Below are positions 39,309-55,322 of a stretch of 64,000 bases of DNA, piece by piece (position 1 is the stretch's first letter; each line of letters starts with the position of its first letter). The DNA is from Eledone cirrhosa (lineage: Eukaryota). Position numbers and translations under genes: made by a program. The stretch lies in NCBI GenBank assembly GCA_964016885.1, contig OZ024741.1, positions 313,596,001 through 313,660,000 of the forward strand, written 5' to 3'. The notes beneath the pieces were generated by a model. That model had not been told where the DNA came from. It saw only the letters and a list, made by a program, of their open reading frames with translations, and searched no databases.

Positions 39309-40978
39309 CATAAATACATTTATATATATACCGTATATGACTTGTACGCGGGAATTTTTTAAAACCTAAATATTCCTTATCCAATGTGTATCAGCTTAGA
39401 TGGCGATATATATTTACTGTCGTCCTGTTTTGTTTCGTGGGGAAATTACAGTAGTTTTTCGATAATTTAGAAAATTCAGTGAATCAGTATACCATTAATA
39501 TAATAATTATAATATTAATACTAATAGGAATCGCTTGTGAGGACAATGCAAGCTACGTACATGGGTGATGTAAGTAAAGTGATAATAGAAATGGAGTTTG
39601 TGAGGAATTCCATATAAAAGTAGGTGTACATCAAGATTCGCTCCTCAGCCCAATCTTGTTCATTATAGTCATCCAAGCCATAACAGGGGAGTTTAAGACT
39701 GGTGCCCATTGAATCATCTCTATGCTGATGATCTGGTTCTTATAGCAGATTCAGTAGAGGAGCTAGATAATAAATTATGTCTATGGAAACAGCAGTTGGA
39801 ATCAAGAAGCCTGAGACTGAACATAGCTAAACAAAAGCGTTGATAAGTAGAATAGAGGACAATGCTCTGATTCCATCGGGGAATTGGCCATGATAGATAT
39901 ATAGGAATGGAACTGACATGAATTCCATGAAATCTACGCAATGCTGATCTTGGAGACACAAGATATGTAGTGGGATAGCCGGCAAACTAACAGGTAGGGA
40001 AAACTACGTATGCAATAGAGGTACAGGGAAAGTTGGCAGTAGTAATCGCTGCGATAGACACATTTTGCAAATGCAGGTGGGTTCTATAGAAGAGGTTGTT
40101 AGCTTCCGGTACCTAGGTGATGATATAAGCATGGGAGGAGGGTTTTTCGCGTCCATAGTATCTAGAATAAGAACGGGTTGAAAGAAGTTTATGGAGCTAC
40201 TTCCTCTGTTGACAAAAAAGTGTTTCTCCCTGCGTAGAAAATGAAGGTTATATGATACGAGGATGCTGCATGGTAGTTAGAAATGGACACAACTGCTGGA
40301 GATTTGCGACGGCTGGAGAAAAATGAAGCAGGTATGCACAGTTGGAGGGGCAATTTTAATGTGCGTCAACGACAAAGCATAGACGAGCTGAGTATAAGAG
40401 GGATAAGTTGTGGTGTGCAGGAGAGAAGGCTGAGATGATATGTACATATGATGTGCATGGAGGATGAGCGCTGGGTGAAGAAGTGCCAGGAAGTCCAAGT
40501 GGAGGGAAGATGCAGTGGAGGTAGACCACAAAAAACATGGCCGCTGCTGGTTAAACTCACCGAGGAGATGACAAAGGACCGTGACAAGTGGGGAGATGCT
40601 GTGCTGAATAGGACCCGTCCAACCATTGCAAGCAGGGAAAAGAGGGCGGAAAATGATAGTAAATAAAAATGAATGTGAAGAAAGTACAAATTGCCAAATA
40701 TACTTTTCAGTTAACAAAATGCTTTAACTGAACAGTTTTAATAGTAAACAACATGCTAATACACCATCACTTGATACGCGGTAAATTTAAAAACCTAAAT
40801 ATTCCTTATCCAATGTGTGTCATTATTACGTGGCGATATCATTTTACTCTCGATCTGTTTTGTTTCGTGGGAAAATTACCGGAGATTTTCCGATTGTTTA
40901 GATAATTCAATGAATCAGTATACCATTCATATTATAACTATGATATTCATTATAATATTATAGATATATATGTGTGTG

Positions 40979-41010
<32 letters not shown>

Positions 41011-42589
41011 TGTATGTATGTATGTATGTATGTATGCATGTTCCGCTGGTTTTATAATTTCACAAAGTTTTATCAATAGAGAGAGAGTCGGTTTCTAACA
41101 TAAACACAAGACTCTCTCATTGGAATTAACACAACACCAACTAGGTAGATATATATATATGCATGCATGTGTAGATATGGATGTTATTGTATGTGTGCAT
41201 GTGTATATGCTTTGTATCTGTACATGTGCATATGTAGTTATTAGAGGCAAAATTGTTGGAATGTTTTATATATTTTTACTGTTCCATTAATGGATTCTAC
41301 TTGTAGTTTCCTAACTAGATGTTTATGTATGTATGTATGCATGTATGTATGTATCATATATGTATGTGTGCGTGTATGTGTAAATGTATGCATTTATATA
41401 TATACAGTATATAATATATATATATTTCGTTTCTGAATTTGTTTAGCAAGATACTTTATCTGAAAACGTGTGTTGAATCCGATATTGTTATGCTTTCGGA
41501 GGGTCATGTTGCCAATAAGAAACACCAGTAAATTGAAGTGAAACTTCTGGTGCGTGTGTTTCTTATTGGCAACATGACCCTCCCAAAGCATAACAATATA
41601 TATATGCGTGTGTGCTTGTGCGTATGTGTGTGTCTGGTTTTATTTACATGTAAGAATGACGCAAACACATATCGTAGTAACTGGTAGAATATGATAATAT
41701 TTGGAACGCTTATATATCATTTTTTTTCTTATAATACTGCTTGTTTCTTCAATAATGTTTTTAACATTGCATTTAACTGAACTAAAAATCCATGTATGTT
41801 TTATAGAGAATCGTTATAATCTATATATATAAAACTGAGGATGTCTGTCTGTGTGTGTGTCTGTGAGATTGAATCAATAAAACTCGAGAAGTACCGAACC
41901 GATATTTTTACATGAGTTTTACTTATGTTTCCGGGAATGTTATGTACATAAAAAACAACTTTGTTGTTCCCCTAGGACCCGCATTAGGTGAAAAAGTGCA
42001 TTTTATTTCAGATTTTAGGGGTATTTTGAGGCGTTAAGTTAGACCAATTTTCTTGAAATTGTAACTATGTATAAGTCGGTCTCTTCTTCATACCGGGAGC
42101 CAAGAAAATCCAATTTTTGTATTGCCTGGGGTCCGCATTAGGTGAGAAATTCATTTTTTCATCCTTTTAGGGCTTTTTTGAGGCGTTACGTCTCGCCGAA
42201 TTTCTCGAAACTTTGAGGCATATTATGCACATGAGAACAATTCATTTTCTTGATCCCCTAGGGTCCACATTAGGTTAAAACCTGCATTTTTCCTGCTTCA
42301 TCGAGGAAAATCTTAAAGATTATCCAGCCATCAGAGTATTCGGTTTATTTTCTTTACATATTGTCCAGGCATGCAGTTTTTCCAGGATCAAGGCTTTTGG
42401 CGACACGCGTTCCAAAATAACTTATCCCGTGCAACGCCAGGTACCACTGCTATTATTCAATAAATATGCAGGTTCATTTCTTTATCACAAGAGAACTTTA
42501 ATCGTAAAATTTTGTATAAAATTGTATCATTGATATCTGTATGTAATTAATAATATATGCAGCATTATCACATATAGTGATATTTTTAG

Positions 42590-42721
42590 AATGCCGAGCA
42601 GGAACGTGTGGTGCTTGTAATGGGACATGCCATTGTATCAACAGTATAATTTGTGACAAGTGAAATGGAACATGTTCAGATGAATGTTCTGCAGGTTATA
42701 CTGTTATCAATTGCCAAGAAT
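42590..42721 (+). pseudogene. EGF pseudo-exon G2
   Basis: TGA at 42661-42663, 3-nt deletion, dead donor. Confidence 0.85.
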
Positions 42722-42799
42722 ATATCTCATAAAATTGTTACGTACTTACTACACACACGCACAACCACATACCCCCACCCACCCCCACACATATACATA

Positions 42800-42853
<54 letters not shown>

Positions 42854-42861
42854 TATATATA

Positions 42862-45310
42862 GTTATACTTGAGGAGGGTCATATTGTTGTGATAATTTTG
42901 CCAGGAATAATAACAGAACACACTCACTGTTTGGTTGGTTTTCGCTTTCGTATGTTTTATATCTCCATAGTTAATTTATTTGGCAATCAATGTTTATCAT
43001 TGATTGACCAACGGTCAAAAATACAGATATAAATATTTATATATAGTTTAAAAAAGTTCTTTCGTTGCACATCTGCAACATCATCAGTGGTACTAATATG
43101 TAACCCTCCTATTGTATTAAAAGTCTACGCCATTTATATTTCATCTGTTTATTTATTTATTTTTATTTATGTTTGACTTCGTCCATGCGCATGCGTTTGC
43201 GTGTGTGTATATTGTTTGGTGTGTGAGTTCGCGTTTGGGTGACTGTGTTTTGGTTATTGTATTCTATCTTAGTTTATTATTGTGTCTTTATATGTGTTTC
43301 TTCTTATTGTGCTTGTGTATATATTCATTTATGTATTTATTTATTTATTTATATTTCTCTTATGTCAGTATTCTTTGTTTGGGTGTTGGTATTCCATTCA
43401 TTTTTTGTTTAGCTTTGTCTTTTTAAACTGTGTTTCGCTTGCGTCTTTGATGTGCCTACTTGCTGGCTCATTTCTATATGTAGATAATATTTTAGTTTCT
43501 ATGTCTTACCGTCATGTTGTTGTCTGGACTATTCGTATTGTACTGAACGTTTATTTTGTTCTTTTAATTCCCCCCAAATTTGGTCTATATATTCTCCTAT
43601 GCATCGAGCTCTCGCGCCTATGTATGGTGTTGTCATATTTCTGCAAGTAGCCTCTGTACATCTTATGCTATAAACTACATTTCTAGTTTTACAGTTTATC
43701 TGGGGGTTTACTTTACATATAGCACATTTCTTATTAGTACAGTAGGTTTTCTTAAAAGGGTCTGTTTTGATCATCCGGGATTGAATGGCAGTTCCTGATT
43801 TTACTAACCCTTTCATCTTTAAGTAGGTCATTCTCAGGGCCTTTTTGCATCGGGTAGCTAATTTCCCTCCAGGGGTAGCGTCCACGAGCATGACACTTTG
43901 GTATCTCTGGTTGTGGTAACATGAGGTGGTTTTACCTATTTTATGTTTAGTCCTATCTAAGATATTCCATGATTTGCTCCTGTATAATGGGCAAATTCCT
44001 TTCATCTCCAGTTCTATGAGCGTCTTATACATCTCAGTGGTTCCTTTGTATGCTCTGAGTCTATCTCTTTTGTTGTAGCCAGAGAAATGCATGTGCTTTA
44101 TGAAGTGTTGGATGTGTCTTTCCATTTCTGTTGGGTCGCACATGCGGGACAAGTTCTTCATCACTCGTACCAAGTCAGCGATTAGAATATTAAACTTAGC
44201 ACTACTGGACATCGCTGAGGTTTTGAATAACGGGTATTTGGAGGCCATGGGTTTAGCGTAGTATGAGTGGGGATTTTGGGCCTTCACGTATATAGTGTTA
44301 ATCCAGAGTTCCGTATCTAATACAGGTAGTCTATTATTAGGGTGATTGGAAGGGTATTCAATAGTTACAGTTATACTCTGGTGTATGGAGTTAGCTATCT
44401 GCTGGATTCTTTATTCTAATATATATTCGTTAGTACTCTCTCGTGGCGGTGTACTTATTACTATATTAATATTGTCTACGTAACGAGAGTACATGGACCT
44501 CTCTTGAAGGAGGTTTTGAGTCTCATTTCCCAGCAAACCATAAAAAGGTTGGCAACATCACCAGCTATGTTGATCTAAATGGTTGCTGCCTCATTTTGGG
44601 TGTAGATCTTTACGTTGAATAGGGTAGTTTTAATACTAGGCCCATTGCATGCGCGACAACTTTTCTTACCTGATCATTGTTTTGGGGTGTTGGTATGGCT
44701 TTAGTCCACCAAATTCACCCTCCCATGGAAGTCTTTTTTGCCATTGAGGTTATGGTGGGTGGTCTACTTCTTATGGTTCTACTAGGGCAGAAACGTCTAA
44801 GAACACGGCTGTCTAGGTACTTGGTGTCATAGGTAAGTCTAAGTAGGAGGCCCAGTTCATCTGTGTCTACGTCGCAGACCACAAACTCACTCTCACTGAT
44901 TATCTCCACACAAGTTTCCACAGCAAAATCAATGTTAATGGATGGTTATAGAGATACAACGTCCATACTGCGTATTATGCAGTTAGATAGGTTTTTGTTT
45001 TTGTTGCACTCATTGATTCTGGGGATATCTTGATTAAGGAGCGTATAACCACTGAGAGGAACTAGGAGATCCTTTAGTTGCTAGCGATATTGGCTACGCA
45101 TACAAGTCTTGTTGGTGGATCTGTCACCGGGTCGTCGAGTATATTATGGTCTTTGAAGAGCACATATAGGGGTGGTATGTCATTGTTAGACGCGTGTATG
45201 TTCATAGCAGTGGGTCTGCTTGGCTTTAGGATGTCGGTCCTCATCATCATGTTAGCGTTGACGATCTCCTCTCACCCATCATGTGTTTGTTGTGTAATTT
45301 CGCCTGGAGA
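42862..45310 (-). mobile_element. Penelope-like family 2, long copy in unit 2
   Basis: ORF 43529-44287 with CKTRNVVYSIRC...YIGARARCIGE. Confidence 0.88.
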
Positions 45311-46178
45311 TATATCTGTCTGTATGTGTGTCTGTGTGTGTGTGCGCGCAAGTGTGTGTGTGTGCGTGTGTATGTGCGTGTGTGTGTGCGTGTGTGTGTG
45401 CCTGTGTGTGTGTGTTTATTTCAAAGTAAAAATGTCGTAAATTCATATCGTAGTAACTGATAAAATATGGTGTAAATTTGAAGGATTATATTTGTTTTTT
45501 TAATTGATATTGTTTGTTTCCTTCATTATGTTATATATATATATATAATATATATATTATATGTATAGATATGTATATATGTATGTATGTATATATGTGT
45601 GTGTGTATGTGTGTATGTATGCATTTATATATATATATTTATATATACATATATATATACAGTATATATTATATATATGTAAAAGTTATTCAGAAATAAC
45701 AAGACAATCGCTACAGTATATGGAAGGGATATATTAGGTTAACGTTTGATATAGCACGAATAGGGTCTCAGCATGTTGGACACTAGTCCTTAATTAGAAG
45801 AAAGAATGTGACAAAAATATGTTGACATCTCTTGCAGTGTGTGTGCGTGTATGTGTGTGCGTGTGTGTTTATTTAAATGTAAGAATGTCGCAATTACATA
45901 TCGTAGTAACTGGTAGAATATGGTAACATTTGGAAGGATTATATATGTTTTTTTTTTTCTTATAATATTGTTTGTTTCTTTCATAATATTTTTTAACCTT
46001 GCTTTTGACTGAAATAAAAATCCATGTATATTTTTTAGAGGATCGATTTAATATTCAATAAATATCTAAGTTCATTTGTTTATCACAAGAAATATATAAT
46101 CTGAATCTTTCGTATGAAATTGTATCATTGATATCTGTATGTAATTAATGATATCATCATATATATTGATAGTTTTAG

Positions 46179-46313
46179 AATGCCCAGTGGGAACGTTTGG
46201 TGTTGATTGTAAAGGGACTTGCCATTGTATCAACAATAATAACTGTGACAAGCGAAATGGAACATGTTCAGATGGATGTTCTGAAGGTTATATTGGTGTC
46301 AATTGCCAAGAAG
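46179..46313 (+). CDS. EGF-like exon A3
   Basis: Identical to A1; AG/GT intact. Confidence 0.85.
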
Positions 46314-48600
46314 GTATATCATAAAATTGTTACATGCATACTATGCACACACACACACACACACGCACACACAGATATCTATTCATATATATTTATTTAT
46401 ACATAAAAATTATATATATACCGTATATGCCGGTGTAAAAGTTGATCCGCCGAGTATGTCGATGATTAGTGTACACACACACACATACAGACACACATAT
46501 ATATATATATATATACATACACACACACATTTATATATATATGTATATATACATTTATATATATCCCGTATATGCCGGTTTAAAAGTCCACCCATCAAAT
46601 GTTGTGGTGTAATTCAGGTTGAGGCCTATATACGCCGGTTAGACGACACTCCAGGTATAAGGCATTGCCATCTCCCCAGCCGTAGATATGCTTGCCGTTG
46701 TTTATTTGCACAAAATATAAAATATGGATATAAAAACTAAATAGTTGTAAAATTAAAATGCATCTGAGGAAAGTACAATTTGTAAAATTTATTTTTCATT
46801 TAACAAAAAGATTTAACTGAACTGTTTTATTAGTAAACAACATGCTGCCACACCTTCACTTCATATGCCGTTTAGCACAAGACCACTTTAATCTTGAAAT
46901 TTAATATAAAATTGTATATATATATACATATATATATACACAAATACATTTATATATGTAGCGTATATGCCGGTGTAAAAGTTGATCCGCTGCATATCTC
47001 GAGCCATCAAATGTTGTGGTATAAATCAGGTTTAGGCCTATATACGCCAGTTTAGACGATACCCCTGGTATAAGGGATTACCTTCTCCACAGACGTAAAT
47101 ATGTTTGCCGTTGTTTATTTGCATGAAATATAAAACATTAAAATAAAGACTAAATAGTTGTAAGATAAAAATGCATATCAGGAAAGTACAGGTTGCAAAA
47201 TGTATGTTTCAGTTAACAAAATGGTTTAACTGAAATGTTTTATTAGAAAACAATATCCTACCACACGTGACTTGATACGCGGGAATTTAAAAAACCTCAA
47301 TATTCCTTATCCAATTTGTATCATCTTAGATGTCGATAAATATCTACTGTCGTCCTGTTTTGTTTCGTGGTGAAATTACTGTAGTTTTCCGATAATTTAG
47401 ATAATTCAGTGAATCAGGATACAATTAATATAATAACTATAATATTAATACTATTAGGAATCGCTTATGAGGATAATGCAAGCTATTTACAGTGGTGCTG
47501 TCAGTAAAGTGACAATAGAAATGGAGTTTAGTGAGGAATTCCAGATACAAGTAGGTGTACATCAATGTTCGCTCCACAGCCCAATCTTTTTCATTATAGA
47601 CAGCCAAGCCATAACAGTGGAGTTTAAGACCGGCTGCCCATTGGAACTTCCATATGCTGATGATCTGGTTCTTATAGCAGATTCAGTAGAGGAGCTAGAG
47701 AATAAATTCTGGCTATGGAAACAGCAATTTGAATCAAGAGGCCTGAGAGTGAACATAGCTAAAACAAAAGTGTTGATAAGTGGAAGAGAGGACAATGCTC
47801 TGATTCCCTCATGGAATCGGCCATGTTAGATATATAGGAAAGGAACTGGCATCAATTCCATAAAATGTACACAATGCTGATCTTGGAGACACAATAGATG
47901 TAGTGGGATAGCAGGCAAACTAGCAGGTAGGGAAAACTTCGTATGCAATAGATGTACAGGGAAAGTTGACAGTAGTAATCACAATGATAGACTCATTTTT
48001 CCAATGCAGGTGGGTTCTATAGAAGTGGTTGATAGCTTCCGGTACCCAGGTGATAACATACGCATGAGAGGAGGGTGTTTCGCGTCCATATTATCTAGAA
48101 TAAGGACGGGTTGGAAGAAGTTTATGGAGTTTCGCCCTGTTTTGTTTCGTGGGGAAATTACAGTAGTTTTCCGATAATTTAGATAATTCAGTGAATCAGC
48201 ATACCATTAACATAGTAACTATAATAGTAATACAAATAGGACTGCTTCTGAGGACAATGCAAGCTATGTACAGGGGTGCGGTCAGTAAAGTAACAATCGA
48301 AATGGAGTTTAGTGAGGAATTCCAGATACACATAGGTATACATCAAGGTTCTCTCCTCAGCCCAAACTTGTTCGTTATAGTCCCCCAACCATAACATAAT
48401 ATTATTAACATTGCATTTAATTGAACTAAAAATCCTAGTATTGTTTATAAAGGATCGATATAATATTCAATAAATCTACAACTTCATTTGTTTAGCACAA
48501 TACCAGATTTAATCTTGAAATTTAATATAAAATTATATCATTGATATATGTATGTAATTAATGATATCTTCAACATTATCATATATCTTGATAATTTTAG

Positions 48601-48735
48601 AATGTCCAGCAGGAAAGTTTGATCTTGATTGTAATAGGACCTGCCATTGTATCAACAACGCGAACTGTGACAAGCGATATGGAATATGTTTAGATGGATG
48701 TTCTGCTGGTTATACTGGTTACAATTGCCAAGAAG
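48601..48735 (+). CDS. EGF-like exon B3
   Basis: Same peptide as B1 with one synonymous TGC>TGT; AG/GT intact. Confidence 0.85.
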
Positions 48736-48817
48736 GTATCTCATATAATGTTTACGCAAGTATTATACACACGCACACGCACACACACACACACACATAC
48801 ACGCACTCACACACACA

Positions 48818-48856
<39 letters not shown>

Positions 48857-48881
48857 ACACACACACATATACCACACACAA

Positions 48882-48918
<37 letters not shown>

Positions 48919-50772
48919 TATACATATATATATACATAACTACATATATATATATATATATATACCGTATATGCCGGTGTAAAAGTTGATCCGCTGCATA
49001 TTTCGACCTAATCAAATCATGTGGTAAAAATCAGGTTTAGGCCTATACACCCCAGTTTAGACGACAACATTGGTATAAAGGATACCTTCTCCCCAGCTGT
49101 AGATATGTTTGCCGTTGTTTAATTGCATTAAACAGAAAACATTAAAATCAAAACTAAATAGTTGTAAAATAAAAAATGCCTGTGAAGAAAGTAAAAGTTG
49201 CAAAATTTATTTTTCAATTAACAAAATGATTTAACTGAACTGATTTATTAGTAGACAATATCCTACGACACCGTGACTTAATACGCGTGAATTTTAAAAA
49301 CCTAAATATTCCTTATCCAATGTGTATCTGCTTAGGTTGGGAGATGCTGTGCTGAATAGAACCCGTCCAACTATTGCAAGCAGGGAAAAGCGGGCGAAAA
49401 ATGATAATAAATAAAAATGCATGTGAAGAAAGTACAATTTGCCAAATTAACTTTTCAGTTAACAAAATGATTTAACTGAACAGTTTTTTTAATAAACAAC
49501 ATGCTACCACACCATCACTTGATACAGGGTAGATTTAAAAAGCTAAATATTCCTTATCCAATGTGTATCATTATTACGTGGCGATATGATTTCATATCGA
49601 CCTGTTTTGTTCCGTGGCGAAATTACCGGAGATTTTCCGATAGTTTAGATAATTCAGTGAATCAGTATACCATTCATATTATAACTATGATATTCATGAT
49701 AATATTATAGATATATATGTGTATATATATATATATGTATGTATATATGTATTTATGTATGTGTGTGTGTATGTGTGTATGTATACATTTATATATATAC
49801 GGTGTATTATATATATATATGTATATATATATATATGCGTGTGTGCGTGTGTGTGTGTCTGTTTTTATTTACATGTAGGAATGTCGCAAACACATATCGT
49901 AGTAACTGGTAGAATATGATAATATTTGGAACGATTATATATCATTTTTTTCTTATAATACTCTTTGTTTCTTTCATGATGTTTTAAACATTGCCGTTAA
50001 CTGAACTAAAAATCCATGTATGTTTTATAGAGAATCGTTATAATCAATATATATGAAACCTTGGATGTATATCTGTGTTTGTGTGTGTCTGTGAGTTTGA
50101 ATCCCTAACACTCTAGAAGTACCAAACCGATTTTTTCAAAGTTTACATCTGTATTACGTATGTTTCAGGGAATGTTATGCACGTACAATTCAACTTTGTT
50201 CATCCACTAGGACCCGCATTAGGTGAAAAAGTGTGTTTTATTTCAGATTTTAGGGGTATCTTGATGCTTTACGTCAGACCGAATTTCTTGAAATTGTAAC
50301 TATGTATTATTCAGTCTCTTTTTATACCGGTAGCAAAGACAATCCAACTTTATTATTGCCTATGGCCCGCAGTAGGTGAGCAACTTCATTTTTTCAGGCA
50401 TATTTTTCAAGGCATATTATGCACATGAAAACAATTCATTTTCTTGATTCCCTAAGGCCCACATTAGCTGAAAACCTGTATTTTTCCTCATTCATCGAGG
50501 AAAATCTCAAAGATTATCCAGCCATCAGAATATACGGTTTATTTTCTTTACATATTGTCCGGGCATGCAGTTTTTCCACGATTAAGGCTGTTAGTGGCCC
50601 GCGTTCTAAAATACCTTATCCCGTGCAACGCCCGGTACCACTGCTGGTATTCAATAAATATACACATTCATTTTTTACCACAAGACCACTTTAAGCGTAA
50701 CATTTTGTATAAAATTGTATCATTTATAACTAATGATATATGCAACAATATCACATATAGTGATATTTTCAG

Positions 50773-50907
50773 AATGCAGAGCAGGAAGGTTTGGTGTTGC
50801 TTGTAATGGGACATGCCATTGTATCAACAGCATAAACTGTGCCAAGCGAAATGGAACATGTTCAGATGGATGTTCTGCAGGTTATACTGTTGTCAATTGC
50901 CAAGAAG
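50773..50907 (+). pseudogene. EGF exon C3 with dead donor
   Basis: Same peptide as C1; donor GAAG|ATATCT. Confidence 0.75.
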
Positions 50908-51348
50908 ATATCTCATAAACTTGTTGCGTACTTACTACACACACACACACATACACACAACTATATACCCAACCCACACACACACATATACATGTATATA
51001 TATATATATATATATAAATGGAATAGAATGAAACGAAATTTCATTTCTCACTCTTAGTACGGCACTGACTTCGCCTTTCATCCTTACGTGGTCGATAAAA
51101 TAAAGTACCAGTAATGTACTGGAATAATTGCTGGCCTTGTGCCAAAAGTAGAAACAATTATCTATGTATACGTACATACATATATGTATACATACGTACA
51201 GAAGTATGTATATATATACATACATTTGTACAAAGAAACAAACCGAGCATTATAATAAATGTTCGGTAAACCGATACGTGCATGTATATATGTGTGCATG
51301 TACGTATATATATACATATATGTATGTACGTATATATACATACATACA

Positions 51349-51399
<51 letters not shown>

Positions 51400-54300
51400 T
51401 ATATATAGTTATACTTGAGGAGGGTCATATTATTTCTGGCAAAGTTATTACAACAATAACAGAACATATTCACGCTTTGGTTGGTTTTCGCTTTGTATGT
51501 TTTATATCTCCATAGTTAATTCATTCGGCAATCAATGTTTATCACTGATTCACTAACGGTCAAAAATACAGATATAAATACATATATATAGTCTAAAAAA
51601 GTTCTTTCGTTTCACATCTGCAACATCATCAGTGGTACTATTATGTATCACTCCTGCTGTATTACAAGTCTACGCCATTTATATTTTATCTTTTTATTTA
51701 TTTATTTTTATTTATTTTTGTCTTCGTACCTGCGCATGCGTTTGTTTGGTGTGTTTGTTCGCGTTTGGGTAACTGTGTTTTGGTTATTGTATTCTATCTT
51801 AATTTATTAGTGTGTCTTTATATGTGTTTTTTGTTATTGTGCTTGTGTATTTATTCATTTATTTATATATATTTTTATATTTCTCTTAAGTCAGTATTGT
51901 TTGTTTGGGTGTTGTTATTCCATTAATTTTTTTTCTGTTTAGCTTCCTCTTTTTAAGATCTGTCGCGCTTGACTCTCTGATTTGCATACCTGCTGGCTCA
52001 TTTCTATTTTTTAGATATTATTTTAATTTCTATGTTGACTATGTTACCGTCATGTTGTTGTCTGGCATGTTCGTAGGTACTGAACCTGTATTTTTGCTCT
52101 TTTGATTCCCCCCAGTGTTGGTCTATACTTTCTCCTATGCATCGAGCTGTCTCGCCTATGTATGGTGTTGTGATGTTTCTGCAAGTAGCCTCTGTACATC
52201 TTATGCTATAGACTACATTTCTAGTTTTACAGTTTATCTGGGGATTTACTTTACATATAGTACACTTCTTATAAGTATAGTGGGTTTTGTTGAAAGTGTG
52301 TTTTGCTGATCAGGGATTTCATGGTAGTTACTGGTTTTTCTAACACTTTACTCATTAAGTGGGTCTTTCTCAGGACCATTCTACATTGGTTAGCTAATTT
52401 CCCTCCAGGGGTAGCGTGCACGTATATGACAATCTGGTATCTCGGGTTGTTGTACCATGAGGTGGCTTTGCCTATCTTTTGCTTAGTCCTATCTAAGCTA
52501 TTCCATGATTTTCTCCTGTATAATGGGCAAATTACTTTCATGTCCAGTTCTATGAGGGTCTTATACTTCTCAGTGTTTACTTTGTATACTCGGAATCTGT
52601 CTCTTTGGTTGTAGCCAGAGAAATGCCTGCGCTTTATGAAGTGTTTGATGTGTCTTTCCATTTATCTTGGGTCGCTCATGCTGGACACGTTCTTCATCAC
52701 TCGTACCAAGTCTGCGATCAGAATATTAAACTTAGCACTACTGAACATTGCTGTGTATTTGAGTAACAGGTATTTGGAGGCCATGGGTTTAGCGTAGTGT
52801 GAGTGGGGAATGTGGGACCTATCGTATATAGTGTTAATCCAGAATTCCGTGTCTAATACAGGTAGTCTATTATTACGGTGATTGGAAGGGTATTCAATAG
52901 TTACAGTTATACTCTGGTGTATGGAGTTAGCTATCTGCTGGATTCTTTCCATTGTGCTATAATCTAATTGCTATTCGTTACTATTCTCTTGTGGCAGTGT
53001 CCTTATTACTATATTTAATATTGTCTACGTAAGGAGAGTACAGGATGTGTTCTATGGAGCTCACTTCAAGGAGATTTTTGTATGTTTCAGTTAACAAAAT
53101 GGTTCAACTGAACTGTTTTATTAGTAAACAATATCCTACCACACGTGACCTGATACGCGGGAATTGTAAAAATCTAAATATTCCTTATCCAATGTGTATC
53201 ATAATAGATGGCGATATATATTTACTGTCGTCCTGTTTTGTTTCGTGGAGAAATTACAGTAGTTTTCCGATAATTTAGATAATTCAGTTAATCAGTATTC
53301 TATTAATATAATAACTATAATATTAATACTAATAGGAATCGCTTGTGAGGACAATGCAAGATACGTACAGTGGTGCTGTCAGTAAAGTGACAAGAGAAAT
53401 GGAGTTTAGTGAGGAATTCCAGATACAAGCAGGTGTACATCAATGTCGCTCCTCAGCCCAATCTTTTCCATTATAGACCACCAAGCCATGACAGGGGAGT
53501 TTAAGACTGGCTGTCCATGGGAACTTCTATATGCTGATGATCTGGTTCTTATATCAGATTGAGTACAGGAGCTAGAGAATATATTCTGGCTATGGAAACA
53601 GTAATTTGAATCAAGAGGCCTGAGAGAGAACATAGCTAAAACAAAAGTGTTGATAAGTGGAAGAGAGGACAATGCTCTGATTCTATCAGGGAAATGGCCA
53701 TGTTAGATATATAGAAAAGGAACTGGCATAAATTCCATAAAATATACACAATGCTGATCTTGGAGACACAATTGATGTAGTGGGTTAGCAGGCAAACTAA
53801 CAGGTAGGGAAAACTACGTATGCAATAGATGTACAGGGAAAGTTGGCAGTAGTAATTACTGTGATAGACTCATTTTTCCAATGCAACTGGGTTCTATAGA
53901 AGTGACTGATAGCTTCCGGTACCCAGGTGATAAGATACGCATGGGAGGAGGGTGTTCCGCGTCCATATTATCTAGAATAAGGGCGGATTGGAAGAAGTTT
54001 ATGGAGTTTCTTCCTCTGTTGATAAAGAAGCGGTTCTCCATGCGTACAAATGGACGGCCATATGATACATGTGTGAGATGCGACGATACTGCATGGTAGT
54101 TAGAAATGGACAACAACTGCTGAAGATATACGACGGCTGGAGAGAAATGAAGCAAGTATGTTCCGTTGTATGTGCAATTGTAATGTGCGTGAACGACCAA
54201 GCATAGACGAGTTGAGAAGGAAACTGGGTATAAGAGGGATACATCGTAGTGTGCAGGAGAGAACGCTGAGACGGTATGGACATATGATGTGATTGGAGGA

Positions 54301-54753
54301 TGAGCGCTGTGTGAAGAAGTGCCAGGAAGTCCAAGTGGAGGGAAGACGCAGTACGGGTAGACCACGAAGAACATGGGCGGGTCTGGTGCAAGTCAACGAG
54401 GAGATGACAAAGGACCGTGACAAATGAGGAGATGCTGTGCTGAATAGGACCCGTCCAACCATTGCTAGCTGGGAAAAGCGGGCGGAAAAATTATAATAAA
54501 TAAAAATGCTCGTGAAGAAAGTACAATTTAGAAATTATACTTGTGTGTGTGTGTGTGTGTGTTTGTATGTATGAGTGTGTGTGTGTGTATGTGTATGTGT
54601 GGGTGTGTGTGTGTGTGTTTATTTCAAAGTAAAAATGTCGCAAATACATATCGTAGTAACTGATAAAATATGGTGTAAATTTGAAGGCTTATATATGTTG
54701 TTTCTCGTGGTATTGTTTGTTTCTTTCATTATGTTGTATATATATATTATATG

Positions 54754-54789
<36 letters not shown>

Positions 54790-55104
54790 TGTATGTATGT
54801 ATGTATATATAAGTATGTATGTATATATGTGTGTGTGTGTATGTATGCATTTATATATATATATATATAACATATATATATATATACAGTATATATTATA
54901 TATATGTAAAAGGTAAACGGAAATAACAAGACAATCGGTACAGTATATGGAAGGGATATATTAGGTTAACGTTTGATATAGCAGGAATAGCGTCTCAGCA
55001 TTTTGGACACTAGTCCTTCATTAGAAGAAACAATGAGAAATAAAATAGATTGAGGGGGCATTTGAATTGGAATTGGAACAAAAATAAAAATAACAGGTTC
55101 ATCT

Positions 55105-55158
55105 GAACATGTTCAGATGGATGTTCTGCAGGTTATATTGGTGTCAATTGCCAAGAAG
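55105..55158 (+). pseudogene. 5'-truncated EGF exon D3
   Basis: TCSDGCSAGYIGVNCQE|gtatct with no normal acceptor. Confidence 0.8.
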
Positions 55159-55236
55159 GTATCTCATAAAATTGTTACGTACTTACTATACACACACACA
55201 TTCACGCACACGCACACACACGCGCGCGCGCATACG

Positions 55237-55322
<86 letters not shown>

